Part shown: positions 63,301 through 64,000 of the stretch, piece after piece
Layout: every line of letters starts with the position of its first letter
Numbering within the stretch: the first letter of the stretch is position 1
From: Eledone cirrhosa
Lineage: Eukaryota
Assembly: GCA_964016885.1 (NCBI GenBank)
Contig: OZ024740.1
Coordinates: 438,216,001 to 438,280,000 of the forward strand
DNA length: 64,000 nucleotides
Direction of reading: 5' to 3'
The notes under the pieces: model-generated
The model's input: the letters and a program-made list of their open reading frames with translations, nothing else
Databases searched by the model: none
Told to the model about the DNA's origin: nothing
Made by a program: the position numbers and the translations under genes

Positions 63301-64000
63301 AGAACACACTTTTATAGAACATAGCTTAATAGAACATACCTTTATAGAACAGACCTTTATAGAACACACCTTTATAGAACATACCTTTATAGAACATACC
63401 TTTATAGAATAGACCTTTATAGAATAGAGCTTTATAAAACATACCTTTATAGAACATACCTTTATAGAACATACCTTTATAGAACACACCTTTATAGAAC
63501 ATACCTTTATAGAACATACCTTTATAGAATAGACCTTTATAGAACATACCTTTTTAGAACACACCTTTATAGAACATATCTTCATAGAACAGACCTTTAT
63601 AGAACATACCTTTATAGTACATACCTTTATAGTACATACCTTAATAGAACATGTCTTTATAGAAAATACCTTTATAGAACAGACCTTTATAGAACATACC
63701 TTTATAGAAAATACCTTTATAGTACATAACTTAAAAGAACATACCTTTATAGAACACACCTTTATAGTACATACATTAATAGAACATACCTTAATAGAAC
63801 ATATCTTTATAGAACATACCTTTATTATTATTACCTTTATAGAACACACCTTTATAGAATACACCTTTATAGAACATACCTTTATAGAACACACCTTTAT
63901 AGAACAGACCTTTATAGAACATACCTTTATAGAACACACCTTTATAGAACAGACCTTTATAGAACATACCTTTATAGAATATACCTTTATAGAACAGACC
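42358..64000. repeat. Large higher-order duplication, period 11,925 bp (795 monomers): copy 1 ~42358-54282, copy 2 ~54283 to beyond the window end
   Basis: ORF offsets 42731->54656, 43256->55181, 44456->56381, 46559->58484, 49949->61874 and 51401->63326 all equal 11925. Rare variants gaacggacc (~42408/54333) and gaactcacc (~43142/55067) are shared. Confidence 0.94.
44640..50730. repeat. Higher-order duplication, period 3390 bp (226 monomers), nested inside the 11,925-bp unit
   Basis: ORF offsets 45266->48656, 45731->49121, 46559->49949 and 47261->50651 all equal 3390. The same pair recurs in the second large unit (58484->61874). Confidence 0.9.

Larger units (their letters stand above)
1..64000. 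repeat. 15-bp tandem satellite array, consensus ATAGAACATACCTTT (reverse complement AAAGGTATGTTCTAT), ~4,270 head-to-tail monomers; extends beyond both window edges
   Basis: The monomer is visible on every line of the sequence, usually with 0-2 substitutions (e.g. CAC/CAG/TAT for CAT, TTA for TTT, GTA for GAA). No inverted monomers or non-repeat inserts were seen. The consensus has 6A/5T/3C/1G. Confidence 0.99.

Noticed and set aside
337-63547. Numerous short (MFYKG)n, (IEHTF)n and (RTYLY)n ORFs
   Set aside because: These are alternative-frame translations of the same repeat, bounded by common variant monomers that create stops. They were useful only as markers of duplication offsets.
1-64000. 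CRISPR array
   Set aside because: There are no unique spacers between repeats, the unit is only 15 bp, and no leader or cas genes are present.
1-64000. Telomerase-synthesised telomeric repeat
   Set aside because: There is a G/C strand skew, but kb-scale copying of variant patterns indicates recombination or replication-based amplification rather than templated addition. No chromosome end is visible. A subtelomeric location cannot be excluded.
1-64000. AGAACA steroid-receptor (GR/AR/PR) half-sites in every monomer
   Set aside because: They occur only as direct repeats 9 bp apart, not as the inverted AGAACAnnnTGTTCT element. The host is unknown and a 6-mer match is uninformative.
1-64000. Embedded transposon, inversion or hidden unique island
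   Set aside because: None was seen on reading through the window. All monomers are co-oriented and the 15-bp phase is fully accounted for by the 25 small indels.

Overview
The whole 64-kb window is one uninterrupted, single-orientation tandem array of a 15-bp AT-rich satellite monomer (consensus ATAGAACATACCTTT, about 27% GC, about 4,270 copies). I see no unique sequence, gene, RNA gene, transposon or CRISPR spacer. Every ORF in the track is a translation of the monomer (IEHTF, RTYLY, KGMFY, KVCSI frames). The informative structure is in the variants. Diagnostic variant monomers and 25 small indels (only 9 distinct events) show nested, changing higher-order repeats with periods of 840, 1500, 2652, 3177, 2728, 2398, about 2200, 4429, about 4850, 3390, 8445 and 11,925 bp. 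The last ~24 kb contains no phase-shifting indel. The commonest substitutions are synonymous in the minus-strand KVCSI frame, which stays open for tens of kb. That is worth testing, but propagated frameshifts and stops argue for non-coding, probably eukaryotic heterochromatic or centromere-type satellite DNA. The organism and function cannot be determined from this window. Block boundaries are approximate (about ±50 bp).
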